Made by a program: the position numbers and the translations under genes. Positions 55,201-64,000 of a stretch of DNA of 64,000 nucleotides are shown here, piece by piece. Source of the DNA: Patescibacteria group bacterium. Lineage in GTDB: Bacteria; Patescibacteriota; Patescibacteriia; Patescibacteriales; GWC2-42-12. The DNA is taken from assembly GCA_028707005.1 (NCBI GenBank), contig JAQTVB010000001.1, positions 755-64,754 on the forward strand. Reading direction: 5' to 3'. Positions within the stretch are counted from its first letter, which is position 1; every line of letters begins with the position of its first letter. The notes under the pieces are model-generated. The model worked only from the letters and a program-made list of their open reading frames with translations, searched no databases and had not been told where the DNA came from.

Positions 55201-58200
55201 GATTTTCTCATTTTCCGTCTGCCGGTAATTTACCAGTAAAACCAGCTTAACGTATTTTGTACCCATTCTAAAAGCATTAGGACCATTGCCAAAGCTTTGT
55301 CCGGTGATGCCGCCGCGGTTATAAGCTAAATTCTCCCATTCCCAGGGAACGGCGGAATTTACGGCCGCGGCATATAAATAAGTATTGCCGCCATAATGAT
55401 TTTTCACAACAACCTTTGCGCCAGGTTTATTGATTTCATCAAGCACCTGCTGGGGCAAAGCATGATTTAAATTAATAACTTTACTGCCGTTAATGCCGGT
55501 GCCGTTATAAGCGCCTCGATTGAGTTCAACGGAGTTGAAACAGCTGGAATTGGCCGGGTTGGTCGTGCCGCAAGGCGTAGGATACCAGGAAAAAACATAA
55601 TCAACTCTATGGCTGGTATCGCCGTCATAATAGAAACCCAGGCTTCTAACGCCGGCCACGGTTGTCTGGTCGTTCCAGCCGCTGATGGCTTCCTTAACAA
55701 CGATCTGGGTATCAGAAACGCTCGCAATCGTAGCGTCGCTACCCTTCCTTAAGACTTCTTCAGCGCTGATTAATTTTTGATTTTCATCATACGGCGCCAG
55801 GCCGAAATACAGTCTTGATTTGAATGGCACGCAGCTTTCTCCGTTCGCGGCATCGCAGATATTAGCATCGTTAGTGCAAGTTTTATAGGCTGAATTGGCA
55901 ATCACTTCCGTGCCATTCTTCACGCAGACTTTGCCCGTGCCGGCTGATTTGAATCTGCCAAAAATATAATAGGTGGTATTTATATTAATGGGCACAAAAT
56001 CAGTGGAAAAAAGGTTGTGGAATCCGTTTTGCGCGTATATTTTATTAGAGCCTTCGGCAACGATGCCGATTTTAAAATTAGAAGCCGGCTCGGTGTCAAA
56101 ATCGCTGGCGGCATCCGGCTCTTCGGCGTCAAATTTCATTGACTCGCTGGCCGCCAAATCATCGCACGTCCTATCTTTCAGCCTGCATTTATTCAAAGTT
56201 TGATCATAAACGCATTGACCACTGCCGCAAATCACCGGATAGGCGGCATGGCAATAATCATCGCCGCAATCCCCGGCCGCTGTTAAGCCGCCGGCGTATG
56301 ACGAGCACAAGCCCAGCGAATTCGGGCAGTAATAGCCGCCCGCGCATTGGTTGCCATAACCGGCGCAGGAATCTGGAGCAGTGCAGACGGTTGGAGTGGC
56401 GGAATTATTATCAGTATCTCTGCAATAAGAATTATCTTTGCAACATGAGCCATCGCCGCATTGGGCGGGCGAATTGGCGGGACAATCATCACACGTTCCA
56501 TCGTAATTGCATTCACCGACACTGCAGCATCTAAAGGTAGCGCCGACAGCAAGCGGGTTGGGAATATTGCATTTTTCCTGATTGACGCAATCTTTCGGCT
56601 GGCAAATACAGCTTGCGGTATCGCAGTATGTGGTGGCATGATCGCATTGATCTTTATTAATATCGCAACTGCCGGCTTTGCCATCTTTATAGCAAGGACC
56701 GCCGGCAAGCGATTTGCAGATACACTCATCAGTATTGCAAACGGAAATCGCCAGATCGCACTGGTTGTCATCGCTACTGCAATCGCCGGCCACGCCATCC
56801 TGATAGCAAGGATCGCCGATAGCCGGATGCTCCGCGCAGGTGCAAGACCTGGGCTGGCAAACCAAACCCGCGGCTTCGCACCTGGATTGACTGGCGTCGC
56901 AAGTTCCGCTTACCGCGCCGTTATAGCAAGGATCGCCCACGCTGGGCAGATAAGTCGTGCTGAAAGTCCATTGATAGACGCTGGACTTATATTGAGGAAA
57001 GCAAACATCTTGTTCTGTTTTTCCTCCGGTTGTGCTTTTGCATTGCCCGGCGTAGGGCGTGCCGGTTGAACAGCACAGGCTGTCCGCGCCGCAATCGCCG
57101 GTTTGTTTGCAGATGCCAACGGTAAAATTCAGGCCATTGCCGACCGCTTCCTTGCTCACGCCATGATCTATTAAAGTTTTAACGGCGCGCACCGGACCGG
57201 TTACCGCTTGCTGATGCACCGTGGTTTCGGCTTTGTCCGGCTTGGGATTGCCTTGAGCCTCGGTGTCAATTCCCCAAAAAGCAATCGCGCTGCCGGATTG
57301 ATTATGATTAAGCTGAAATCTAACCTGGCTATTCGCGTCTTGATCGCCAAAATACTCGCCCCATAAACTTACCTGGCTATTCCTTTGCCCCATGATCGGG
57401 TCAAGCTTGCATAAGCTGGGCGCGAGCGGCAGGGTTGAATCGGCTGTAAATGCCGCCGGGCTCAAATCACTGCTATCTATTTCCCAAAATTGGCCGCCGC
57501 TTTTGGCGATTTTCATGTAAATTACATAATCTCCATTAGCCAGTCCGGCCGGCGCTTTGACGATCACCTGCTTGTCGCTCCAGACTGAATCAGCGCAAAC
57601 TTCCGGAAAAGTATAACTGGCTTTTTTGTCGTTAAGCGCGGGGCCGAAATAAATTTCGCTAGTTCCTTTAGCGGCGCCAAAACCTTGGCCGCGGATGGTA
57701 ATATATTGCCCGGCCGCGCCTTGAACCGGATCAAAAGAGGAAATCAGCGGACCGGCATAAGGCTCGGCGGTTTTCTGAAACTCCAAATAATTACTTAAAA
57801 CTTTTTTAGCTTCATCAGCCACAAAGCTGGTGGTTTTGCCGGTTTGAATATTAGGCACTTGGGCAGCTCCCTGCTTGCCTCTCACATCTGTGAATACTGA
57901 ACTTAAGGCCGTGGTGCTGGCCGACCAATCGCCAAAATAAGCTTGATTGTCTTTAGTCAATCCGACTCCGCCATAAGTAATAGTATCATTCATTTTCCCG
58001 CTCGCCGGCGCCAGCTGGCACAATCCGGGCCGGGCGATCGTATTAATCAAAAAATCATCCAGGCGCGGATTAGTAAGGCTGTCATCGGAAAAACCGCTGG
58101 CCGCTTCCACTTTAATCGGCCCGGTAGCCGCGCCAACCGGCACTATCGCGATAATCTGCGTGTCGCTCCAGACATGAGCGCATTGGCTGTTGCCCGCGCC

Positions 58201-60015
58201 CGCGTCGTTGGCTAATTTAGCTTCCTGCCAAAAATTACAAGTGCCTGGAGTAAAAGCATCGCAATCGTCATTTGATCGACAGGATATTTTAATATGCCCA
58301 TCGCATTTTCCCTGGCCGCTTTTAAAATAGACTTTGCCCGCTTGAGCGCCGAAATATTTGCCGATGATGGTCACAAAATTTCCGGCCGCGCCGTTAGGCG
58401 TAGTCTGGCCGCATTTTACCGAGCCACCGCAATCGCTATCAGCCAAGCAGGCTTTATTAACATCATTTTCGCAAAAACCGCCGGCCGGAAAAATTCCGGT
58501 GATCACCGGCAGGCGTTGGCATAGGCAGCAATTGGCCACGCCCGCGCCATAGCCGCCGGCCGCGCAAGCCGCTTGATTTGAATTTTGCGCCGTGCAAAAT
58601 TGGGAGGCGCACAAGCTATTATTGCAGGTAGCCGGAACGGATAAATCATTGGCGCAAGCCTGTCCGTCGCAGGCGCCGCACTCTCCGCCGCAATCCACAT
58701 CGGCTTCATCCAAATCTTTAATGCCGTTGCAGCAATGGCCCGGCCTGATCTTTGCGGTAAAACTGTCTTCAGCCGGCTGGTTGGCCACGTCATGAGCTTT
58801 AATTTTAAAAATATAGTTGTCGCCCGCCTTCATGGCCGTGGTGTCGTAGACGTGCTCGGCTGACTGATAGGTCTTGCCATTGCCGGCGATCTGCTTGGCC
58901 ATCGTTTCCGCGCCGTCTTGTTTTTGCTGATAAAAAACCAAATCTGCAATGCCAAGATCATCTCGGCCCCAGCCGGTGACGGTATTGGCGCCCGCCTTCA
59001 TGGCAACTCCGGCTTCAGTCTGGCAGATCTGCGCCGGCACGATGCCGGCTTCAGGGCCGGCCGTATCAATTAAATTGCCGGTGGAAAACACGAATTCGCA
59101 GGGCGCGTTAAAACCGCAGCTCAAGCTCTGGCCGCCGGCCGAAATGATGCCGCTCAAACCGTTGATCTTTACTTTAAATTTGCTCCAGGCCGGAAAACAG
59201 CCCAGCGTATTTTTTTCATCCCCGCAAGCCGTGGTGGTGGCATAGCTCATGGCCCAGCGGCCGTTGACAAAGTCTCTCATGCCACCCATGTCCAGCGCCT
59301 CGCCCAAAGCAGTGATATTTTGAGAATTGGCCGGATCAATATCGGCTATTTTCTCCATTTTAAAATTATTGTCCAAAATCTGCTGGGTAATATTTTCGGC
59401 CGCCACGCCATTAAAAAAGGCTTTAACCGTTACGTTGCGCGCTACATTTATGTCCTGGTCGCCCGGCCTGGTGGCGGTTAAGCCAAAAGCGCCGCCGCCA
59501 TAAGGCGTGCCGCAAGGACCGGCTTGACAGGAACTATTGCAACAATACTGGCCGGCTGAACAGGCCGGGTTGCAGATCGTGCCGTCGCCTTGGCCGCCGG
59601 TCGTCGCGCCAAGCAAACTATTTAAAATAAAGCTGGCGATCGCGAAAGAAGCCAAAATAATAATCAGGCCGATCACCGCGCCGGTTAAAATCTTTTTGGC
59701 TTTTTCTATTTTATCCGCCTCGCCCCCGGCCGTCATCCACAGCCAGCCGGCGTAAATTATCAAACCGACCGCGATGATGCCTAAGAATCCCAGCGCTATC
59801 CTGATAATATTAGCCACCACGACTCTGGGATCGGTCGCCGACAAGCCGGTGCCGGCGGCGTAGTTTAAGCCCGTGTCAACCGCCGCCATGGCAAAATGAG
59901 CCGAAGCGAACAAGGCGATCAGCAGGCAAGCGATGAAAACTAGTTTTTTTATTATTTTAAAATTATACATTGCATTGTCATTGCGAGGATCCGCCAGCTG
60001 GCGGAGACGAAGCAA
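52252..60015 (-). CDS. Giant (2587 aa) surface protein: N-terminal VirB2/TrbC-like (T4SS pilin-type) two-TM domain, then ~2000 aa of extremely Cys-rich repeats, then fibronectin type III domains
   Basis: Uninterrupted 7.8-kb ORF; N-domain ...DPRVVVANIIRIALGFLGIIAVGLIIYAGWLWMTAGGEADKIEKAKKILTGAVIGLIIILASFAIASFILN; C-terminal YKLYYGTASGQY...YYFAVTAYN FN3. Confidence 0.8.
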   Translation of the reverse strand: MLRLRQLADPRNDNAMYNFKIIKKLVFIACLLIALFASAHFAMAAVDTGLNYAAGTGLSATDPRVVVANIIRIALGFLGIIAVGLIIYAGWLWMTAGGEADKIEKAKKILTGAVIGLIIILASFAIASFILNSLLGATTGGQGDGTICNPACSAGQYCCNSSCQAGPCGTPYGGGAFGLTATRPGDQDINVARNVTVKAFFNGVAAENITQQILDNNFKMEKIADIDPANSQNITALGEALDMGGMRDFVNGRWAMSYATTTACGDEKNTLGCFPAWSKFKVKINGLSGIISAGGQSLSCGFNAPCEFVFSTGNLIDTAGPEAGIVPAQICQTEAGVAMKAGANTVTGWGRDDLGIADLVFYQQKQDGAETMAKQIAGNGKTYQSAEHVYDTTAMKAGDNYIFKIKAHDVANQPAEDSFTAKIRPGHCCNGIKDLDEADVDCGGECGACDGQACANDLSVPATCNNSLCASQFCTAQNSNQAACAAGGYGAGVANCCLCQRLPVITGIFPAGGFCENDVNKACLADSDCGGSVKCGQTTPNGAAGNFVTIIGKYFGAQAGKVYFKSGQGKCDGHIKISCRSNDDCDAFTPGTCNFWQEAKLANDAGAGNSQCAHVWSDTQIIAIVPVGAATGPIKVEAASGFSDDSLTNPRLDDFLINTIARPGLCQLAPASGKMNDTITYGGVGLTKDNQAYFGDWSASTTALSSVFTDVRGKQGAAQVPNIQTGKTTSFVADEAKKVLSNYLEFQKTAEPYAGPLISSFDPVQGAAGQYITIRGQGFGAAKGTSEIYFGPALNDKKASYTFPEVCADSVWSDKQVIVKAPAGLANGDYVIYMKIAKSGGQFWEIDSSDLSPAAFTADSTLPLAPSLCKLDPIMGQRNSQVSLWGEYFGDQDANSQVRFQLNHNQSGSAIAFWGIDTEAQGNPKPDKAETTVHQQAVTGPVRAVKTLIDHGVSKEAVGNGLNFTVGICKQTGDCGADSLCCSTGTPYAGQCKSTTGGKTEQDVCFPQYKSSVYQWTFSTTYLPSVGDPCYNGAVSGTCDASQSRCEAAGLVCQPRSCTCAEHPAIGDPCYQDGVAGDCSSDDNQCDLAISVCNTDECICKSLAGGPCYKDGKAGSCDINKDQCDHATTYCDTASCICQPKDCVNQEKCNIPNPLAVGATFRCCSVGECNYDGTCDDCPANSPAQCGDGSCCKDNSYCRDTDNNSATPTVCTAPDSCAGYGNQCAGGYYCPNSLGLCSSYAGGLTAAGDCGDDYCHAAYPVICGSGQCVYDQTLNKCRLKDRTCDDLAASESMKFDAEEPDAASDFDTEPASNFKIGIVAEGSNKIYAQNGFHNLFSTDFVPININTTYYIFGRFKSAGTGKVCVKNGTEVIANSAYKTCTNDANICDAANGESCVPFKSRLYFGLAPYDENQKLISAEEVLRKGSDATIASVSDTQIVVKEAISGWNDQTTVAGVRSLGFYYDGDTSHRVDYVFSWYPTPCGTTNPANSSCFNSVELNRGAYNGTGINGSKVINLNHALPQQVLDEINKPGAKVVVKNHYGGNTYLYAAAVNSAVPWEWENLAYNRGGITGQSFGNGPNAFRMGTKYVKLVLLVNYRQTENEKIQFDDIVFAEQQCRTVSGYSTKILQINSGGNPCPGGTFLDANGWCSIIRAGGQAGDASVCELNVCPSGSICQAKQCLIDKNVCASGASCVSGKCQKASAGACECCCRLDYSAQDCCYPLKCQGNCGSDRNADTNTLGYCTGCTVKIGGTVNQAASNRACNCKNASGKFCDTAGAGGDGICQDCSGLSGSGNCTKLGVGTCCVDAMGGNACRGGTETVSSGVSGDTNAYCSYYPCDNSTATCGSAIYKTTLPSYRTAAGCSASCTLPPAFGQTCFNYSTTQPRCDTDICTGFNCLNEDGTGPQNPPNDCGTCCCDPAANPDKCTAINTLLTCKANQSPCSGDKRGLCCGCTKDGDCGSAATTGCGADACCHARPSVESAKPMGPGICRNALIQATFNQYMRPDSFANNIMVAGSYGADPCPSGTTYLTAAYRPSLAGRIKAWLAKAPLVNKLFAQEALALNGNYCVVPGAVDGYNIANKTVVEYKLRKMLDAGRRYYVIIKGDADTSDAIKEGVLAASGVGMNSVGAPLGGDAYENPAVFNGQNFKNAKIWYFTTKESSDVDSGICRLASVAVNPASYLFKTSVNDTKDDNSQNADYDTVQDSDKIFRATGYSADGQALSSIAGLYSWEWSWAIEDQTVVKFKAGENATDNVVIVAQNIKDASTLLDAKATIAEDSVMGTKGAVKEGQAEIYVFLCDNPWPVVKADGTWAPWTDLAGNCAAGGGDCYNTNFSLHYCRDAGEAGTADDLPALSESAIIRGASAADDIVKELYFFRGVAPDVASGLSVNALRAGGKVSASWNPARSAAGYKLYYGTASGQYNKNIDIKSAATNYTVTGLVNGQVYYFAVTAYNNKAIESGYSNEASTTPADTLAPATPRDLSVTVGSNQTTVAWAPNIDDTVSYKVYYGASRDGSGAVIPGASVKVDKSKCSNALCSTAITGLASGTTYYFAVSALDAQGNESGRIQGTAATADSLNANQAMPDER

Positions 60016-60306
60016 TCTCTGGTTAGAAACGCTTTACATGTCTAGCGCTAAATATCTTTGTTTTCCTTGTTTTTATACTGGTCGTTTCTGTTTAACAGAT
60101 TATCGGTTACTCCAACGTAAAATACATTATGCGATTTATTAGTGTTTATGTATACAAAATAGTATTTCTCATAAATCATATTCGTTCTAACTTACCAGAG
60201 ATTGCCGCGTCGTCGCTAACGCTCCTCCTCGCAATGACATACAAGAAAAGATTGTCGTATCATCCAACCTCGGTTGTTTTAACTAGGGCTGGCTTCGGGA
60301 ATGACA
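59975..60306. mobile_element. Composite MITE-like element in the spacer between the two giant genes: ttgtcattgcgagga ... tcctcgcaatgacat inverted termini, AT-rich 230-bp core, extra half-site cgggaatgacaa
   Basis: Inverted repeats at 59975-59989 and 60224-60240; family similarity. Confidence 0.5.
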
Positions 60307-60314
60307 AAAATGGT

Positions 60315-63188
60315 TTATTCGCAAACTCCTTTAGCCCTGCCGTTGCAGCAGGACGGCTTATTGTCGCTCACCGCTTGAGCGCCCGAACAGGCCGGACCGG
60401 CGCCGGGCTTATAGCAATTTTGATAGACATCTTTTAAGCCTGAACCGGCTTGCGCCTGATAACTGGCGGCACCGCTAAAATTGCTGTGGTTGATGAAAAC
60501 ATCGCTTTCTTCATACTCGCCGTCTTTAGGCTCTTTATCAAAACCCTTGCCGGTCACCCAATATGCCAAAGGCGCCTGGGCAAGAGCGTTTAAATTAAGC
60601 AGTTGATGGACAATTTGCTCCTCGCCGTTAACCACCGTGACACTGCCCGTGGTCAATCTGGAAGACATCATTAATTTGTCAAAATGCATTTGCACTGAAT
60701 TGGACAAGCCGACATTATCGGCCGGGTAAGCCGGAACGGTTTGAGTTGCTTTCGGGCTGGTAATATCTAAAAGGTCGCTGATGAAAAACGACCAGCGGAA
60801 ACTATCGCCGTTGTTCTGGGCCGCAGTTAACGCCACGGCGCCGGTGCAGTTAACGCCAGAACCGCAAACCGTTTCTTCATCATTTAAACTGCATTGCCGA
60901 TTGTTGCCGTTCGCGCATAAGCCGTAAAGATCATTTTCATTATAATAACTTACCGGTCCTTGAGCGAGAATGTCGCGATTGCCGTCCAGAGAATTCATGG
61001 CCATGTCCACTATGCCGTCCACGATATTCGGTTTGGTCATATCAGCCTGCGGATAATTTTTTCCATTAGCGTCTTGGCAAATTTTCTCGGCTGAATCGCA
61101 AAGATTAAAAGGCGCTTTGCTGGCGCAGTCAAGATTAGCGGCACAAGCGGCAAAATTGGCCGCGGCCAATTCCACCTTTAAGCGGCTATTGGCCGGCAGG
61201 CAATAAATTTTTTCCCCGCAAGCGTTAAAACCGCATTCATTATCAGAAATAAAATTAACCGTGCGGTACTGGTTGGAAATTTCAAATTTTCCGCCCAAAG
61301 AATTGCCGGCGCATTTATTGCTCACGCATTTATAGGATTTGCATTCCGCGTCAGCGCTGCAGGCCGCGTCTCCTGCTTTGGCGGCCGCGGCATTATTGAC
61401 TACTCTAATATAATTTTCCACTTCGGTATTGGCTCCGGAAACCGTTAAAGGCATGACCGCCTCGTTAAAATCAAGCTGAATGGTCGCGTTCATGGGCTTA
61501 TCGCCCCGCCCCTTAACAATCTTAGCTGTTTGCTTATCCGCGCCGCGAGCCGCCGCCGCTATGGTTAGGGCGTCGGGATTGCTGGTCTTTAATTCAATAT
61601 TATTACCATCCGTTCCGGCTACTGCGGCTGTTATAGTTACGATTTTAGCTAAACTCGTTGCCGTTACTTCGTTATTGCCGCTCAACGCTATTTTGATATT
61701 AGCCGCGGTGGCTCCAATACCACTTCCCAAACTAATTTGCCCCGCTCCGGCAGCTCCGGCCACAAAAGTGTAAACCGTGTTGCCCACGGTTAAAGTGTCG
61801 GCCGTGATCGCCCTGGATACCGTTATATTCCAGCCGTTGCCGGCCGTAAAACTGCCGGTGGCGCTATTTAAAGTTAAAAGCAAATTGCATTCGCCGAAAG
61901 CAATGGTTTTTTGTCCCGCGCTGTTTTGTCCAAAAACGCCCTGGCCTAACATCGTGGCGCCAGGGGAAGGTGAAGAATAAAGTATGGCAACTAATCCGCC
62001 GTTATCAGCCAAACTAACATTTAAAGTGCCGTCCTGTTGGCAGTTGGCATTGATGATCGTGCTAGCGGCTGGCGTGTCACTTTGCGGATCGGACTTGACC
62101 GTGCTTGCCACTCGCGCATCGCGCCCAGCTAGCGGCTGTTCGCTTACCGTGATTGTCCATCGCGCTGGCACCGCCTGGCCGGAAGTATTGGCAGCGTCCT
62201 GGCTCACGTCCGGCGCCGGAAAAATTCCGCTTGACTCCACTTGCGGCGGAGTTAAGTCAATCTTATTGCTCACTTCAAAACTCCATTCATAATCATTGCC
62301 GAACGAGCCAAAGGCTTTTTTACCATCAGCTTTTAAAATATCATTCCCCAGATACACGGCATAATTTATATACTCGGCGGGCGAACCTAAATAGGTGTCC
62401 GGCATGAAGACAAAGGTTTTATTATTGGTGGTGGAATAAACTTTAGCGCTTACAGTCGGGCAGGTGCCGATAGCCGTACCTAAACATTTGAGCTCATCCG
62501 CTAGTTTAAATATTCTAACGTTATTATTGGCAATCGCTCCGCCGTTACATTTTGGAGTTGGAGGAGTTGTTGAATTATCTGTACCTACCGGATCGCAAAG
62601 CGTATCCAGTTGCATCGCTTCCCTGAAAGTCACGATAATACTGGTGTTGCGCGGCACGTCTTTTTGCCCGCGCGCCGGATAATGCGATTCTATGATGCCG
62701 TTGCCCAAAGCCGAAATGCCGCCGCCGCTCGGGCCGCCGCCAGCCGGATTATTAGCGCCGCCGCTGGTTGAATTCGTAAGCATATTTAAAATGAAAGTGG
62801 CGATAGCGAATGACGCGAAAATAATAATCAAGCCGATGACCGCGTTTTTTAAAATGTTCTTGGCCTGTTCTATTTTCTCTTCATTGCCATTACTGGTCAT
62901 CCAGATAAAACCGGCGTAAATAATCAAGCTCACGGCAATGATGCCCAAAAACCCCAGGGCTATTCTGATAATGTTGGCAATAATAACTCTCGGATCAGTG
63001 TTGGACAAACCGGTAGCCTCCACGTAGTTCAATCCCAGGTTAGGTTCGGCCGCCAGCGTAAAGTTCGCCAACAAAAAAATAGCCGTTGTCGCGATAAACA
63101 AATAGACAGCTACTTTTAAATTTTTGGAGTATTTTGAAAATGAAAGCATGGGGAAAAAATTGAAATTTATATTCTTTGACTTTTGCAC
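60315..63188 (-). CDS. Paralogous surface protein (957 aa) with the same VirB2/TrbC-like N-terminal domain (~75% aa identity to the 52252-60015 N-domain) and a Cys-containing beta-rich ectodomain
   Basis: N-domain ...DPRVIIANIIRIALGFLGIIAVSLIIYAGFIWMTSNGNEEKIEQAKNILKNAVIGLIIIFASFAIATFILN; DNA about 80% identical to 59640-59900. Confidence 0.8.
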   Translation of the reverse strand: MQKSKNINFNFFPMLSFSKYSKNLKVAVYLFIATTAIFLLANFTLAAEPNLGLNYVEATGLSNTDPRVIIANIIRIALGFLGIIAVSLIIYAGFIWMTSNGNEEKIEQAKNILKNAVIGLIIIFASFAIATFILNMLTNSTSGGANNPAGGGPSGGGISALGNGIIESHYPARGQKDVPRNTSIIVTFREAMQLDTLCDPVGTDNSTTPPTPKCNGGAIANNNVRIFKLADELKCLGTAIGTCPTVSAKVYSTTNNKTFVFMPDTYLGSPAEYINYAVYLGNDILKADGKKAFGSFGNDYEWSFEVSNKIDLTPPQVESSGIFPAPDVSQDAANTSGQAVPARWTITVSEQPLAGRDARVASTVKSDPQSDTPAASTIINANCQQDGTLNVSLADNGGLVAILYSSPSPGATMLGQGVFGQNSAGQKTIAFGECNLLLTLNSATGSFTAGNGWNITVSRAITADTLTVGNTVYTFVAGAAGAGQISLGSGIGATAANIKIALSGNNEVTATSLAKIVTITAAVAGTDGNNIELKTSNPDALTIAAAARGADKQTAKIVKGRGDKPMNATIQLDFNEAVMPLTVSGANTEVENYIRVVNNAAAAKAGDAACSADAECKSYKCVSNKCAGNSLGGKFEISNQYRTVNFISDNECGFNACGEKIYCLPANSRLKVELAAANFAACAANLDCASKAPFNLCDSAEKICQDANGKNYPQADMTKPNIVDGIVDMAMNSLDGNRDILAQGPVSYYNENDLYGLCANGNNRQCSLNDEETVCGSGVNCTGAVALTAAQNNGDSFRWSFFISDLLDITSPKATQTVPAYPADNVGLSNSVQMHFDKLMMSSRLTTGSVTVVNGEEQIVHQLLNLNALAQAPLAYWVTGKGFDKEPKDGEYEESDVFINHSNFSGAASYQAQAGSGLKDVYQNCYKPGAGPACSGAQAVSDNKPSCCNGRAKGVCE

Positions 63189-63237
63189 CTTTTTGTAATA
63201 TTATTATAACACTAATAGCCGGGGGAAAGCAAACTCT

Positions 63238-64000
63238 ATGACCATTAACCAAGTTACCAGTAAATTTAAAGAAAATAACCCCAAGGCCGACACCACCTTG
63301 ATAGAGTTGGCGTATGAATTCGCGATCAAAGCCCATGGCGGGCAAAAAAGAAAAAACGGCGAGCCGTATATCCAGCACTGCCTGCATACGGCTTTTGTTT
63401 TAGTGCAAACTAAAGCTGATTTAGAAACCGTAATCGCCGGCCTGCTTCATGACATCCCCGAGGATACGGAATACACCTTAGCGGATGTTGAAAAAAATTT
63501 CGGCGCTGAAGTGGCGAGCCTGGTTGAGGGCATCACTAAATTAAGCAAAATAAAATACCGCGGCATCGAGCGCTATCGCGAAAGCTTAAGAAAAATGTTT
63601 TTGGCCATGGCCCGCGACCTAAGAGTTATCTTGATTAAATTCGCCGACCGCCTTCATAATCTTAGAACGTTGGATTCTCTGCCCTTGGAAAAGCGCCTGC
63701 GCATCGCTAAAGAAACTCTGGAAATTTACGCCCCCATCGCCGGCCTCCTGGGCATCATGCAATTAAAATGGCAGATGGAAGATATTTGCTTTAAACATCT
63801 TTATCCGGAGGAATACAAAAAACTGGCCTATAAATACGAGGTGGAAAAAAGGCTGGAGCATAACCAATACATTCAAAAAATAAAAAATATTTTAAGCGCG
63901 AAACTCCGCGAAGCTAAAATCCCTTTTGAGCTCACCAGCCGCTTTAAGCATCTTTACAGCATTTACCTTAAAATGCAGAAAAAAAACAGAAGATTTGATG
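63238..64000 (+). CDS. RelA/SpoT-family (p)ppGpp synthetase/hydrolase, N-terminal HD domain; 3' end beyond window
   Basis: Manual translation MTINQVTSKFKENNPKADTTLIELAYEFAIKAHGGQKRKNGEPYIQHCLH...LLHDIPED HD motif. Confidence 0.85.
   Translation, partial: MTINQVTSKFKENNPKADTTLIELAYEFAIKAHGGQKRKNGEPYIQHCLHTAFVLVQTKADLETVIAGLLHDIPEDTEYTLADVEKNFGAEVASLVEGITKLSKIKYRGIERYRESLRKMFLAMARDLRVILIKFADRLHNLRTLDSLPLEKRLRIAKETLEIYAPIAGLLGIMQLKWQMEDICFKHLYPEEYKKLAYKYEVEKRLEHNQYIQKIKNILSAKLREAKIPFELTSRFKHLYSIYLKMQKKNRRFD

Noticed and set aside
53247-59755. Numerous 60-200 aa ORFs on both strands inside the 7.8-kb giant gene (e.g. 54041..54379, 56283..56798, 56461..57069)
   Set aside because: Shadow ORFs generated by the GC-rich, Cys-codon-rich sequence of the giant gene; the 2587-aa frame is uninterrupted.

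Overview
This is a low-GC bacterial window in which almost every gene lies on the minus strand. Its gene content and architecture (ribosomal protein extensions, split ComEC, class III RNR, giant Cys-rich surface proteins, sparse SD sites) resemble Candidate Phyla Radiation / Patescibacteria genomes; this is an inference, not a database result. Positions 1-16938 hold the spc, S10 and str ribosomal operons. They contain rpsE (partial), rplR, rplF, rpsH, rpsZ, rplE, rplX, rplN, rpsQ, rpmC, rplP, rpsC, rplV, rpsS, rplB, rplW, rplD, rplC, rpsJ, tuf, fusA, rpsG and rpsL. These genes are unusually separated by AT-rich palindromic spacers. The operons are interrupted by a GC-rich tandem-duplicated coiled-coil gene between rplD and rplC, a MITE-like repeat family, an anticodon-less tRNA-like element, and a DUF4116-like gene between rpsG and fusA. 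The remainder encodes an M50 protease, rpmB, tRNA-Pro(GGG), a GC-rich island, ndk, a response regulator, a ComEC split into two genes, secreted repeat proteins, and radical SAM enzymes. It also encodes prfB (with the programmed +1 frameshift), htrA, ogt, nrdG-nrdD-nrdR (with an NrdR box), an ABC exporter, a type IV pilin and ftsA/ftsZ. A sigma-region-4-like gene sits between ftsA and ftsZ. These are followed by dgkA, ybeY, two TSP3-repeat membrane proteins, and two paralogous giant surface proteins of 2587 and 957 aa whose N-termini resemble VirB2/TrbC-type conjugative pilins. A partial relA/spoT lies at the right edge. The most interesting candidate systems are the pilin-fused giant adhesin pair, a terminator-bounded GC-rich ncRNA candidate at 35700-35990, and the repeat-associated insertions in the ribosomal operons.
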